A stretch of 58,047 nucleotides of DNA from a virus. Its lineage: Duplodnaviria > Caudoviricetes. The notes under the pieces were generated by a model. That model saw only the letters and a list, made by a program, of their open reading frames with translations. It did no database searches and was not told the DNA's origin. How positions within the stretch are numbered: position 1 is the first letter of the stretch; each line of letters begins with the position of its first letter. Location: positions 1 to 58,047 of IMG/VR virus record IMGVR_UViG_3300048582_000144. One strand, 5' to 3'. Both the position numbers and the translations under genes were made by a program. Shown piece by piece: positions 26,693-36,920 of this stretch.

Positions 26693-27207
26693 TGCCCAAG
26701 CTCACCCTCGACCTCGGAGACACAAAGACCTTCCGCGTGCCGCTGCGGTTGGACGGCAGGCCATTCGATGCTTCCGGGTCGTGGGGGCTGACCTTCACCG
26801 TCAAAAGCGACCCGCTCACTGAGACCGACGCCGAGGCATTGTTCCAGAAGTCCCTCGGGGCAGGCATCACCCTCGACGGCACCGCCGTTGCTCTTGTCTC
26901 TATCATCCGCGCCGACACCTACCGGGAGGAAGATGAGCTCGAAGAAGGCAGCCCGGCCTTCCAAGCGGATCCCGGCACCTACTACTGGGACATCCATGCC
27001 ACCGGCACCGATGAGAACGAGGGGAGATTCCACAAAGTCGCCCAGGACGTTCTTGTCCTCACCCGCGATGTGACACGCGGAGCGGCTTCCAGCGTCACGA
27101 TCCACACCACCGAGCCGCCGTTCCTTGGAGTCGGCGACATCATCGACGGCGGCGAACCAGACACCGACTACGAAGACAACTTTGAAATCGACGGCGGAGA
27201 GCCGTAA
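26692..27207 (+). CDS. tail/baseplate adaptor-like protein
   Basis: GDTKTF, FTVK, YYWDI pattern resembling BppU-type N-terminal domains. Confidence 0.55.
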   Translation: MPKLTLDLGDTKTFRVPLRLDGRPFDASGSWGLTFTVKSDPLTETDAEALFQKSLGAGITLDGTAVALVSIIRADTYREEDELEEGSPAFQADPGTYYWDIHATGTDENEGRFHKVAQDVLVLTRDVTRGAASSVTIHTTEPPFLGVGDIIDGGEPDTDYEDNFEIDGGEP

Positions 27208-27213
27208 TCCACC

Positions 27214-28026
27214 ATGGCAAACAAGATCAAATCACGCAGAGGCACCGCAGCCGCATGGACATCCGCAAACCCGGTCTTGCTGGCCGGAGAGATCGGCATC
27301 GAGACCGACACCCGGAGGATGAAGGTTGGCGATGGAGCGACCGCATGGACAGCGCTGGATTACTTCCGCGATGACGGGGTTGATTGGGGAGACATCACGG
27401 AAATCCCCGCGCCTGTCACGGCGCTTTCCGGCACGAACACTGGAGACGAAACCACCGCCAGCATCCTCGAAAAGCTGGAAGGCGCGGCGGAAGATGCGAA
27501 CAAGATCGGCGCGGAGTATCTGCCGGATGCGCTGACTTGGGCAAGCGGAGATCCGAACATCCCTGAAATACTCACCATCACCGGGATCACTACTCCGGCT
27601 GATAGTGATCCTTTGACGCTAACTCGTGGTGAAGACATTTCAGGAGTTCCGTCATGGGAATTAGTGGGCGGTCTGGAATGGACAATGAGCTATGTTGAAG
27701 GGACATGGAGCTTAGCTGACGGAGACGCCGCTGTATATGCTGCTTCTAAAACGGATGCTGCCGGAACTCCGGTAGGTCTGACAGGCTGGACCATCAGCGC
27801 CGGAGCAGGCCAGCCAGTAATAACCGGAGACAATCCCGCTGGTGATTTCCTCGGCCAATGGTGCCGCGCAGCCACCGCCTGGTGGCAGTGGAACGGCACG
27901 GCATGGGTGCCGCGGTTTTCGGTGGATGGAGATTCCATCGCCTACAACGCCACGCTTTCTGCCTACCGCAAAATTGTTGTCTCCGGAGCCGATGGCTCTG
28001 AAATTATTACCATTTCCGCATTATGA
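27214..28026 (+). CDS. tail fibre protein with Mtd-like N-terminal domain
   Basis: RRGTAAAWTSANPVLLAGEIGIETDT..MKVGDG..AW..LDY. Confidence 0.8.
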   Translation: MANKIKSRRGTAAAWTSANPVLLAGEIGIETDTRRMKVGDGATAWTALDYFRDDGVDWGDITEIPAPVTALSGTNTGDETTASILEKLEGAAEDANKIGAEYLPDALTWASGDPNIPEILTITGITTPADSDPLTLTRGEDISGVPSWELVGGLEWTMSYVEGTWSLADGDAAVYAASKTDAAGTPVGLTGWTISAGAGQPVITGDNPAGDFLGQWCRAATAWWQWNGTAWVPRFSVDGDSIAYNATLSAYRKIVVSGADGSEIITISAL

Positions 28027-29786
28027 AATCCTATATTCTAACACTATTACTTATCGGCTGCCAGGCATTCGGGCAGACTGCCATCAAACCGCTCACGCAA
28101 GAGAACATCGAGGCGGCGATCACGGATCCGGCGGGATTTCGTGGCGGGCTTGGAATTTTGGAAGATGACAATGCGGCGATCAACGCTGCCATCGCCACTG
28201 ACCCGCAGGCCAGCCGGGATGCGTTAAATGTCCCCATGATTTCTGTTAAGGATTTCGGCGCGGTTGGGGACGGAGTGGCGGATGACACTGAAGAGTTTGA
28301 AGCGGCGGTTGCAGCGGCAAAAGTCGCAAAGTGGCCGCTTTTTGTCCCCGCAGGAAACTACCTGATCACTGATCCGATTGTGCTCGATTGGGAGGCAGCT
28401 TCGATCATAGGAGTCTCGGCAGGGATTGGCGGCAGTAACATCATAACTGCGTCCACCACGAATCCAATCATCAGCATCCCCGGCGATTACAATCATGTAA
28501 AAGTCCAGAACCTCCGAATCACAGGCCCTGGGCGTGCGACATCGACAGGTAGAGGGATTGACATCCGTGGGGATCTTGGAGGCGCGACGAACGTGGATTT
28601 CGGGCTAATCGCCGATTGTAGAATCATCGGATTTGACGTCGGAATCTACTGGCGAGGTGTGGCGAACTCTACCATTGATAGGACTGGCGTTGAAAATTGC
28701 CGACTTGCGGTCCATTCGCTAGGAAATAACAACTCAAACACGTTTCAGAATTGTGCTTTTGTGGCCGCAAACGGATCGTTGGATGCGGTGGGTGTGTGGC
28801 TTGAGGCTGGGCGCGGAACCGTGATTGAATCGTGTGATTTCGGCGGGCCGACAATGGCGCTTTGCGTGGAAGATAACGCGGTCGCCACGGCAATCAATGG
28901 CGGTCAATGGGAGGCTTACGGAACGGGACTGAAAACCACGTCAGACACATCCGTTCCGGTGGTTTCTGGCGTGATGATCGGATATTTCGGCACACCATCA
29001 GCCGACCGCTATTCGATGGATTTGCAAGTCGGCGCGACTGTCATCGGCGGGCTACAATCCATCGTCAGCACTACGTACGGTTCAGCGATCAAAATGCGCT
29101 CAACAATCACAAGAGGTTTGCGCGTTTTTGGAAGCGCTGGATCACTCAAAGCCGATTTCTTCGGTTCGAGTGGCACCGTTTATAATCACACGGCATGCGT
29201 TAGCGGATCGCTTGGACTTATGACCCAAGCCAACGGTGAGTCTGCTTCGGCCAACACTCTAGGCGTCGGATGGCTTCGGGAATCTCCAGGATCGAATCTG
29301 ATTTACAATTTTGGAGTGCGGGATGCTTCCAACAACTACGCATGGGCGAATTTGTTGGATTTTCACTTCCTAAAAGCTGCTGCATCGAATTCAAATCCCG
29401 CATTCATCGGCGTGGCAAATTCCTTCACTGCATCGCAGTCAATCAGCAATGCGATCGCGCCGAATCTCAAGTTTCACACAGGGACAGATACGCTCCAGCA
29501 AAGGTTTGCACTGGGAATTGCAACGGCTTCGGATCAATTTGTTGTCGGAGCGGTGGCAAATGATACATGTCTGGTGGCTAGGTCGGGAGGGAGCATGACT
29601 TTCTCGGTGGGTCCGACTTCAACAAATCAAGCTATCGTCGGACGATTTAAGGCATCTGGCCGATTCAACTTAACATCGTCCGCAGTTCCTAACTACGCGG
29701 ATGACACCGCAGCCGACGCGGCCCTTTCGAGTGGCGACCTTTACACGACCACTGCGGGCGGGCGAACAGTTTACCGCAAACCATAA
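28023..29786 (+). CDS. pectate-lyase-fold (beta-helix) tailspike/depolymerase with signal-peptide-like N-terminus
   Basis: SVKDFGAVGDGVADDT motif, P.GNYLI, beta-helix-like repeats. Confidence 0.8.
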   Translation: MKSYILTLLLIGCQAFGQTAIKPLTQENIEAAITDPAGFRGGLGILEDDNAAINAAIATDPQASRDALNVPMISVKDFGAVGDGVADDTEEFEAAVAAAKVAKWPLFVPAGNYLITDPIVLDWEAASIIGVSAGIGGSNIITASTTNPIISIPGDYNHVKVQNLRITGPGRATSTGRGIDIRGDLGGATNVDFGLIADCRIIGFDVGIYWRGVANSTIDRTGVENCRLAVHSLGNNNSNTFQNCAFVAANGSLDAVGVWLEAGRGTVIESCDFGGPTMALCVEDNAVATAINGGQWEAYGTGLKTTSDTSVPVVSGVMIGYFGTPSADRYSMDLQVGATVIGGLQSIVSTTYGSAIKMRSTITRGLRVFGSAGSLKADFFGSSGTVYNHTACVSGSLGLMTQANGESASANTLGVGWLRESPGSNLIYNFGVRDASNNYAWANLLDFHFLKAAASNSNPAFIGVANSFTASQSISNAIAPNLKFHTGTDTLQQRFALGIATASDQFVVGAVANDTCLVARSGGSMTFSVGPTSTNQAIVGRFKASGRFNLTSSAVPNYADDTAADAALSSGDLYTTTAGGRTVYRKP

Positions 29787-29791
29787 CACCC

Positions 29792-30292
29792 ATGCCTCTC
29801 CGATACATCACACAAAGCCAGACCTTCCAGCAGTCCGTGGAGCTTCTCGGACTTGGACTCGCCGCCGTCGTCGCATTCCTGAACAACCTACTCGACGAGC
29901 AGTCTTTTGATCGTCTGACCGGACGCCATGGCGCACTGTTCTTCATGGCGGTGGCACTGATCCTTTTTTGGAATCAAAACCGCGTGAACGCGAAACGCCA
30001 GGCGGAGCACCTGATCCAAGCAGAGAAGCGCGAGGACGAGCGCAGGAAAGCGGAAGAGGCGGCACGCAAAGAGGAAAACGCCGCAAGGGAGCTTCGCCAC
30101 AAGGAGGCGATGGCGGTGCAGGAAAAAGCTCTTGCTGGAGTCCATGCACTCGCCGCCGAGGGGATTAAGGCCCAACTGCGGGCATCGGGAGCCATGGAGC
30201 GCGTGGACGCGACGATGAAAGCGCAGACGAACGAGATTTGCGAGCGGTTAGAGAAGATTGAATTGAGCGTGAACAAGTGTCCGAAGATATGA
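29792..30292 (+). CDS. holin-like membrane protein
   Basis: Two hydrophobic segments followed by a coiled coil; upstream of the endolysin. Confidence 0.5.
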   Translation: MPLRYITQSQTFQQSVELLGLGLAAVVAFLNNLLDEQSFDRLTGRHGALFFMAVALILFWNQNRVNAKRQAEHLIQAEKREDERRKAEEAARKEENAARELRHKEAMAVQEKALAGVHALAAEGIKAQLRASGAMERVDATMKAQTNEICERLEKIELSVNKCPKI

Positions 30293-30669
30293 ATCCATTC
30301 CCCGAGGACATTGACTGCAAGGTGGCCGGAATGATCGACGGCCGGCGTCATATCCTCGTCTTGATGCCGTTCCGGTGTATCACTTCTCTCGGGGTAATTG
30401 TTGTGCCAGCAAACACCCTTTGCGACGGAGCATCCATCCCGCGCATCATGTGGCCAATCATAGGCCATCCACTTGACGAATACCTCGAAGATGCGGTTCT
30501 TCATGACTTCCTTTATTCTCCAACCAACACCGATTTTTCCCGCGCCGAGGCAGATTTGATTTTTCGCGAAACCATGTGGAATCGAGACATTTCACGCCCC
30601 AAACTCATCGCCATGTATGCCGCCGTCAGGGCTTTTGGATGGCGATCATTCCAAGGACAGCCGCAATGA
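30289..30669 (+). CDS. DUF1353-family protein
   Basis: DGASIPR, AVLHDFLY, ADLIFRE, AVRAFG. Confidence 0.85.
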   Translation: MNPFPEDIDCKVAGMIDGRRHILVLMPFRCITSLGVIVVPANTLCDGASIPRIMWPIIGHPLDEYLEDAVLHDFLYSPTNTDFSRAEADLIFRETMWNRDISRPKLIAMYAAVRAFGWRSFQGQPQ

Positions 30670-31148
30670 AAACCATCCCCTACAACATGCCTCGCCGCCC
30701 GAGATCCACTGGCGACCTACTCATCTCCCTCCTGCAAGCCATCATCGTCTTCTCGCTCATCGTCTGGGCTACCGCCGGAGCCGGACAATACCGCGTGTCG
30801 TGGGACGCGCACCCCGAACTATCAGTCATGCGCTTCAACGTCTATAAGCTCGACGGCGCTGCCAGGATCTTCCTCGGTTCATCCACCACCCCGGAGCTGC
30901 AAGTTGAGGCCGCGCCGGGAGACTCTATCATCGTCACCGCATGGAACGGGATGGAGTCTGAGCCATCCGCGCCGGTTGTCATTCCCGCCGCAGCCGTTCC
31001 CCCACAACCACCCACCGGGCTCCGCGTGGTGGAAATCCAGACCAGTTCCAACCTCGCCGACTGGAAACCCCTCGCCTACGTGCCGCTTCACGACGGCAGC
31101 CCGCAGCGGTTCGTCCGCGCCACCATCACCACCATCCCGCAGCCATGA
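30666..31148 (+). CDS. membrane-anchored fibronectin type III-like protein
   Basis: Hydrophobic segment, then VSWD..FNVY..VTAWNG.ESEPS. Confidence 0.55.
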   Translation: MKTIPYNMPRRPRSTGDLLISLLQAIIVFSLIVWATAGAGQYRVSWDAHPELSVMRFNVYKLDGAARIFLGSSTTPELQVEAAPGDSIIVTAWNGMESEPSAPVVIPAAAVPPQPPTGLRVVEIQTSSNLADWKPLAYVPLHDGSPQRFVRATITTIPQP

Positions 31149-31735
31149 GCAAAACCACCGACAACGAAGCATTCGCCCTTCACGCCCAGACCACCCTCAA
31201 AGCGCGTGGTCACTACCTCGGCGATATTGATGGATGGGCCGGTCCCATTACCCGCAAAGCCTTCGACGCTGCACTGCCGCCACCCGCGACAACCAAACCC
31301 CCGGCACCCACCGGGAACGCCGCACGACTCTACGCGCAGGCACTCAGAGACAAAGGGCTCAAGGAAACATCGGGCAGCGCATCCACTCCACGCATCCGCC
31401 GCGCCATCATGGAAGCCGCATCATGGCTCGACCCGGACGACAGCGTGACAGCATGGTGCGGTTGCATCATGGGCTTGTGGTGCTCCGAAGTCGGAATCAC
31501 TCCACCCGCTGAATACTTCCGGGCCGCTAACTGGCTCAACATCGGGAAGCCCGTGGACATCAGCAAGGCCAAGCAGGGTGACATCGTGGTGCTCTCACGC
31601 AGCGGAGGAAACCACGTCGCGCTCTACCACTCACACAGCGCCACCCACATCACGCTCCTCGGCGGGAACCAGAAAAATGCCGTGAATCTCTCGACCTATT
31701 CCCGCGATTCACTGCGGGGGATTAGGGCGGTGTGA
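31145..31735 (+). CDS. endolysin, TIGR02594/NlpC-P60-like, with a peptidoglycan-binding N-terminus
   Basis: G.YLGDIDG..GP.T, TAWCG, GDIVVL.R.GGNHVA, LLGGNQ. Confidence 0.85.
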   Translation: MSKTTDNEAFALHAQTTLKARGHYLGDIDGWAGPITRKAFDAALPPPATTKPPAPTGNAARLYAQALRDKGLKETSGSASTPRIRRAIMEAASWLDPDDSVTAWCGCIMGLWCSEVGITPPAEYFRAANWLNIGKPVDISKAKQGDIVVLSRSGGNHVALYHSHSATHITLLGGNQKNAVNLSTYSRDSLRGIRAV

Positions 31736-31758
31736 TACACGCCCAAAAACTTCCCACG

Positions 31759-31796
31759 TTGCGCCCGTATTTCAGCCCGAAAATGAGGCATAGTCT
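31759..31796 (+). promoter_or_regulatory. putative late promoter upstream of scaffold/capsid
   Basis: TTGCGCCCGTATTTCAGCC at 31759; TAGTCT at +32. Confidence 0.7.
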
Positions 31797-31804
31797 CACG
31801 GGCG

Positions 31805-32887
31805 ATGACAGCCCCGCAACAAGACCCAGGCGAACAGCCGGGTATCGAGCAAACAGCCACAGCCGCACCGGTGAGCGAACAGCCGCCAGCCGCAGCACAA
31901 GCCCCGCCATCGTTGGATGACATGTCCGCTGACGAGATCCTTGATCTCCTCACCAGCGAGACCCCGCCACAAAGCGAGCCGACACCATCGGAAGAATCCA
32001 CCCCGACCGCAGAGGAACCCGCGCCCCAAAGCACGGCCAATCCCGCAGACGAGGAACCGGACGACACCGATGACACCGACCCGCCCGCCGCCCAAACAGG
32101 AACCAAAGCACCCGGCAGATTGTCGGTGCGAGCCCTTCCCGCAGAGCAGCAGTTGGAAACCGCAGACGCACTTGCCATGGTGCGTGCTGGCGAAGCCGTT
32201 GACCTCCTGGATGCCCTCCAGAAGATGCGCGGCACCCGCCAAGCACCCGCCCCGGCAGATCCGTTCGACGGGCAACCGCAAGCCAAGCAGGAAGACACCG
32301 CTCCCACCCCGCAAGATGTCGCCGCCATCGACAAGGAAATCGCCGATCTACGCGCACAGCGGGACGACGCGAAAGCCCGCTACGAGGACGACGAAAAGGA
32401 TGCTCTTACCCTCAAGATCGAAGACGCGATCATTCGCCGCAACGATGCCAAGATGGAAGCCGCTTTCCGCGCACAGCAGGAGGCCGCCAGCAAGCAATCG
32501 TTCGAGGCGCAATATGACTCCGCCGTTTCCGAACTCGAAGCGAAGTTTCCTGATGTCCTGAATGAGGACGCGCCCTTCACCAAGATCCTCGGTGATCGAA
32601 TGGACGCAGCCCGCTCGCGCAAAGCGCCGGAGCTGAAAGATCCACGATACATCCTGAAGCTGGCTGAAGAAACAGCGGACTTGCTCGGAATCGCCAAGGC
32701 AGCACCGGCAACACCAACGACACCCGCCAAGCCATCCGTTTCCGCCCCACCTCCGGCACCACGCCGGGCCAATGGCGCAGCAGTGGCACCCGCGCACCCG
32801 GCGGCCAACCGGCCCACGCAAGATGAAGTGCTGGCACGAATCGACCAATCGTCCATGGCGGAACTCCTCGAAGCCCTTTCGACGTGA
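31805..32887 (+). CDS. capsid scaffolding protein
   Basis: Acidic, Pro-rich and coiled-coil; directly upstream of the capsid gene. Confidence 0.7.
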   Translation: MTAPQQDPGEQPGIEQTATAAPVSEQPPAAAQAPPSLDDMSADEILDLLTSETPPQSEPTPSEESTPTAEEPAPQSTANPADEEPDDTDDTDPPAAQTGTKAPGRLSVRALPAEQQLETADALAMVRAGEAVDLLDALQKMRGTRQAPAPADPFDGQPQAKQEDTAPTPQDVAAIDKEIADLRAQRDDAKARYEDDEKDALTLKIEDAIIRRNDAKMEAAFRAQQEAASKQSFEAQYDSAVSELEAKFPDVLNEDAPFTKILGDRMDAARSRKAPELKDPRYILKLAEETADLLGIAKAAPATPTTPAKPSVSAPPPAPRRANGAAVAPAHPAANRPTQDEVLARIDQSSMAELLEALST

Positions 32888-32931
32888 GGCCGCCGCAACC
32901 TTCAAAATCTATCCAATAGAAAACAATTCCA

Positions 32932-34536
32932 ATGCCCAACACGACCAATCCAAACAGCTCCAGCCTCACCGAGATTCTGGCGATGGCTCCCAACGCCCGC
33001 CAAGACCTCATCACAGCGTTCTTCCACAAGGCCGCCTGTCAGTATAGCCCGCTGATGAACTTCACCAGCACCTTCGATCCCAACGCCGAAGGCAAGGGAG
33101 TCACCAGTATCTTCGCCGAGAAGACCGACCTTCGCGCCGGGGGCAAGAGCCGCGTCCACTTCAACACCATCGGCATGCCTGCTGGTAACGGAGCCATCGG
33201 AGCGCAAACCCTCGTCGGGAAAGAATCCAAGGCAACCATCGGCACCTACGCCGCAACGGTTGACTGGGTTCGTGATGCAACCTCGCTCACCCAGGACGAA
33301 ATCGAGATGATCGAGGCCGGTCGCAACCTCAAAGGCGTGCTGCTTCAGATGCTCGCCAAGAAGATGACCCTGACCAAGGACAACCACATGTTCCAGCGTC
33401 TCAAGCTGTCTGCCGTGGCCGCCAATACCTACCGTGTCGGCAACCGCTCCAGCACCAACGGATTGACCCCTGACGACGTGCTGTCCACGTCGGTTTCCAA
33501 CATCTGCCGCAGCAAGCTCAACACCTTGGGCGCGACTCCGCTGATGAAGAACACCGCCAAGGCCGGCTGCCCGATCAACAAGTTCATGCTGTTCGCCTCG
33601 GACACCGCGTTCTTGCCTATCCGCAACAGTTCGCCGTTCACCACCGCCATCACCGCCGACGTTCGCGGTCGCGACAACGCCAACTTCACTGGCGAGATCC
33701 TCGACTGGCAGGGCAACCCGCACTACGAGTTCCCCATTACCGACATGGCATGGGACGGCTACAAGGGCGGCCCCTTGCTTGCCAAGGCTGTTGTCAGCGT
33801 TGCACAAACCCCGGCATCCAGTTCCGGCGCTCCCAAGCTGATCGTGAACGCGGACAACACCGACACCCGTTACTTCGAGTGGTTCGATGGTCATCCGTTC
33901 CAGTTCAGCCGCCAAGAAGCGCTGCCCAACCTTAGCGCCAACGAATACTACTTCTGGGCGTGCAACCCGGACGGAAGCCGCGTGTTCGGAGCCTACAACG
34001 GCCTCAACGCCGCGCTTGGCGGGAACCAAATCGCCATCACCAAGATCCTCTGCCCTGGTGGAGTTTCTGGAACCACGGTGGACCACGTGACCGTTGGTGA
34101 CCTGAACGTCGGCAGCACAGCGGCCTATGCTTCCGGCACCGCTGGCGTCTTCACTGTTGACGGTGACATTGCTTCAGGAAAACAGGGGGTTGATACCGCT
34201 GGACCTGACGGCACGTTCGTCCTGACCGACACCATCCAAGACGGCGCGGTGATCCTGCAAGCCAACAGCCAAGGCACGGTTTACAGCCGCTCCTTCATGT
34301 TCGGTTCGATGGCCGCCATGTTCGCCCACGGCCGCATCAAGATGGCCGAAATCGAACAGAACTTCGATTACGACTACGTGATGGGCAAAGGCTTCCAAAT
34401 GATCTTTGGAACCGGCGTCGCGCTCGACCCCAACGGGGTGCCCAACGGCTACATCCTCATCGAGCACGCAATCGACGTGGTGGGCTACCCCTGCCCGACC
34501 TCGTTTGCAACGACTGTGACGGCCTATCCAGCATAA
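32932..34536 (+). CDS. major capsid protein (DUF4043/N4 gp56-like)
   Basis: TDL..GG.SRVHF..G..TLVGKES pattern; strong codon bias; follows scaffold and precedes a terminator. Confidence 0.75.
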   Translation: MPNTTNPNSSSLTEILAMAPNARQDLITAFFHKAACQYSPLMNFTSTFDPNAEGKGVTSIFAEKTDLRAGGKSRVHFNTIGMPAGNGAIGAQTLVGKESKATIGTYAATVDWVRDATSLTQDEIEMIEAGRNLKGVLLQMLAKKMTLTKDNHMFQRLKLSAVAANTYRVGNRSSTNGLTPDDVLSTSVSNICRSKLNTLGATPLMKNTAKAGCPINKFMLFASDTAFLPIRNSSPFTTAITADVRGRDNANFTGEILDWQGNPHYEFPITDMAWDGYKGGPLLAKAVVSVAQTPASSSGAPKLIVNADNTDTRYFEWFDGHPFQFSRQEALPNLSANEYYFWACNPDGSRVFGAYNGLNAALGGNQIAITKILCPGGVSGTTVDHVTVGDLNVGSTAAYASGTAGVFTVDGDIASGKQGVDTAGPDGTFVLTDTIQDGAVILQANSQGTVYSRSFMFGSMAAMFAHGRIKMAEIEQNFDYDYVMGKGFQMIFGTGVALDPNGVPNGYILIEHAIDVVGYPCPTSFATTVTAYPA

Positions 34537-34555
34537 GCCTCTGTGTAGTGTGCTT

Positions 34556-34593
34556 GGGCGGGGCGGTGTGAGAAATCCGCCGTCCCGCCTTTT
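34556..34593 (+). terminator. terminator after the capsid gene
   Basis: GGGCGGGGCGG...CCGCCGTCCCGCC stem followed by TTTT. Confidence 0.7.
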
Positions 34594-34599
34594 CCTTTG

Positions 34600-34650
34600 A
34601 AACACCTGTCCCTCGCGAGGGGGACGGGTTTTCCGGGCGAAAGGCAACAC
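34600..34650 (+). repeat. about 50-bp structured leader element, copy 1
   Basis: ACCTGTCCCTC-GCGA-GGGGGACGGGT hairpin, T run, GGCGAAAG..AACAC; near copy at 48401-48451. Confidence 0.8.
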
Positions 34651-34657
34651 CTACACC

Positions 34658-35002
34658 ATGACTATCTGGAAAACAAACATCACAGACCCTAACCTGAAAA
34701 TCGTCACCATGGATTTTCGGGTGCAATCAGATTTCAACGAAGCTCCGTTCCTCGCCAAGACAAGACAGGTTATAGGCATCGGGTTTGAAACCAAAAGAGA
34801 CGGCGCACATCTCCGGGCAGCCGTCGAAATACGCTCGGAGCCATCGCCCGAAGAACTCCAAGAAGCAATCGGTTTGTTATTCAAAGCATACACTTCGCCC
34901 GAAAGCGATGACGTGAAAGTGGTTCGCGGACATGTCGAACTTACCCCAAACGTGATGCAGACCACCGCCCTGATTGAGCGCACCAAAACAGAAGCCAAGT
35001 AA
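34658..35002 (+). CDS. hypothetical protein (moron-like insertion)
   Basis: ORF directly after the repeated leader element. Confidence 0.6.
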   Translation: MTIWKTNITDPNLKIVTMDFRVQSDFNEAPFLAKTRQVIGIGFETKRDGAHLRAAVEIRSEPSPEELQEAIGLLFKAYTSPESDDVKVVRGHVELTPNVMQTTALIERTKTEAK

Positions 35003-35004
35003 CC

Positions 35005-35568
35005 ATGAATATCCCGCAACTCGTCTCCAAGTCGTCCCTCCAAGCCATCGACACCAGCAAGGACACCCACGCCGTGCGTGTCGTCCTGCACGATGCCAAC
35101 AACCCCGGAGCCTATCGCCTCGCCTGCCACTCGCGCACCTACCTGTTCGAGAAGAACAGCAGCATCGGCAAACACTCCCTCGACATCCCGGTTTCCGTGT
35201 GGATGCACGGCACCGCAGGCGGGCGATTCCAGACCGCAGCTTCAATCTCCGATGACTTCCGCACGGCATCGGGCGCGTCGCTTTCGTTTCAGGTGATCCC
35301 GCTCCGTGAGGCCGCCGCCACCGAAGGCCCCGGCGAAGTGGTTGCGCTGCTTCGCAAACTTCTCAGCGGCATAGGAGCCCCCGCCCCCGTGCAACACACG
35401 TTCGCCATGCTTGAGGCAGGCGTGTCTTTCCAGCAGATCAGGAAGTTCGTCGAAGACGTGCTTGAGGCAATCGACGACGAGGAACCCGAAGAAACCCCCG
35501 CGCAAGCCAAGGCCCGCAAGATGCGCGAGGCCAAGGCCGCGAAGAAAGCACAACTCGCCACCGCGTGA
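35005..35568 (+). CDS. hypothetical protein
   Basis: ORF with phage-like codon usage in the structural module. Confidence 0.65.
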   Translation: MNIPQLVSKSSLQAIDTSKDTHAVRVVLHDANNPGAYRLACHSRTYLFEKNSSIGKHSLDIPVSVWMHGTAGGRFQTAASISDDFRTASGASLSFQVIPLREAAATEGPGEVVALLRKLLSGIGAPAPVQHTFAMLEAGVSFQQIRKFVEDVLEAIDDEEPEETPAQAKARKMREAKAAKKAQLATA

Positions 35569-35600
35569 ACCAATCCCAGCACAAACCAGAAACCAAACAG

Positions 35601-35840
35601 ATGAATCCCGAACAAAGAGCCCGCCTGCTTGCCGAAACTCAGGAAACCGCCGCCCGCTTGAACAAGCTCAATGCCTTCATGGCCACCGACGCATTTCCAA
35701 AGCTCCCACGCGAGGACAAGGACCTGCTTTACTCCCAACAGCGGGTGATGAGCGAATACGTCCAAATCCTCGGCAAGCGGCTTGAGCGGGCAGGCCAGCA
35801 GTTCGAGCACGCCAAACCACAAGATCCCCCTGCCCAATGA
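35601..35840 (+). CDS. crAss001_48-like small helical protein
   Basis: RL.KL.AF....F..L...DKDLL..Q...M.EY..IL..R pattern. Confidence 0.7.
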   Translation: MNPEQRARLLAETQETAARLNKLNAFMATDAFPKLPREDKDLLYSQQRVMSEYVQILGKRLERAGQQFEHAKPQDPPAQ

Positions 35841-35987
35841 TCCGAAAACGCCCCAAGTTCCAACGCGTCATCCGCTGGCCGATCAACTTCTGGCGAGTGT
35901 TCCGCATCCCCGGAGTGCTGAGTATCAAGCAACGCGCGTTCATCGCCTTCAACATGGCAAACGCCATCGCAAAACACTGACCCCACC

Positions 35988-36917
35988 ATGGACACCATCT
36001 ACGCCTGTTCCAAGATCCTCCTGACCCACTTCCCGCACGAGGAAAGGCAGATCCCCGACGACCCAGAGTTTCCCGACCGGAACGAAAGCGTGGTGGCGGC
36101 CATGAATGCCGCTCTCGAAGAGTGCTACGGCCAAGGCTCGCCGTGGATGCGCCAGGACGACCGGGGCGACCTCCTCCGCGCCCCGGCTACCGTCACCATC
36201 TCTGTCACCGAGGGTTCCCGCACCGGTGAGATCACCACCGGCTGGCAGGACTGGATGGCGGGATGCTCCATCGTCATCGACGGGCACGACATCGACAACC
36301 AAATCCGCGACGACAACGCCGACTGCACCCTCAAGTATCCCTACGGCGGCACCACCGGCAGCAAGACCGCCACCGTCTATCACGACTGCATCACCGTCAC
36401 TTCCGACGTTCTCACCATCCTTGAGCCCGTCCGAGTTGATGGCCGGCGGATACACCCGCTCGCCAACGGCCAATCAGTTCGCTCCCCCTACCACGTCCGC
36501 GACTACGGCATGCACCACCAGATTTACGCAGAGCCCAACATCGAGGCCCTGCGACTCTCCGCCCTCGCCGGGTTCGTCCGCGCATTCTCAGTCGAGACCT
36601 ACGCGCCAGATGAAGCGATGAACACCGTCCTTCGCATTCGCCTTCACGGCACCGTCAATGCCTCCGCCACCTTCGCCTACGCCGCGAAACTCAAAGCCCC
36701 GCGCATAACCTCCGCCAGCTCGCTCGAAGCCCCGCCCGTCCCTCACGATTTCGTTGCCAGCATTTTCCTTCCGGTCGCCAGGCAGAAGCTCACGGCCAGC
36801 CCCTTCTTCCGCGACCAGGCAGGCAGGGAGGAAATATCCGCCGCCTACGCCGAGGCGAAGAAGACGCTGGAGGCGATCAACCCGAAGACCCCTCGAACCT
36901 TCCGCTTCCAACCCTGA
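35988..36917 (+). CDS. head-tail adaptor-like virion protein
   Basis: Size, position after the capsid gene, N.ALEE and P.VP.DF motifs. Confidence 0.5.
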   Translation: MDTIYACSKILLTHFPHEERQIPDDPEFPDRNESVVAAMNAALEECYGQGSPWMRQDDRGDLLRAPATVTISVTEGSRTGEITTGWQDWMAGCSIVIDGHDIDNQIRDDNADCTLKYPYGGTTGSKTATVYHDCITVTSDVLTILEPVRVDGRRIHPLANGQSVRSPYHVRDYGMHHQIYAEPNIEALRLSALAGFVRAFSVETYAPDEAMNTVLRIRLHGTVNASATFAYAAKLKAPRITSASSLEAPPVPHDFVASIFLPVARQKLTASPFFRDQAGREEISAAYAEAKKTLEAINPKTPRTFRFQP

Positions 36918-36920
36918 TCC

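Noticed and set aside
27214-28026. Diversity-generating retroelement suggested by the Mtd-like N-terminus and the 320-bp repeat
   Set aside because: No reverse transcriptase is present, and the repeat differences are few, mostly synonymous and not adenine-specific.
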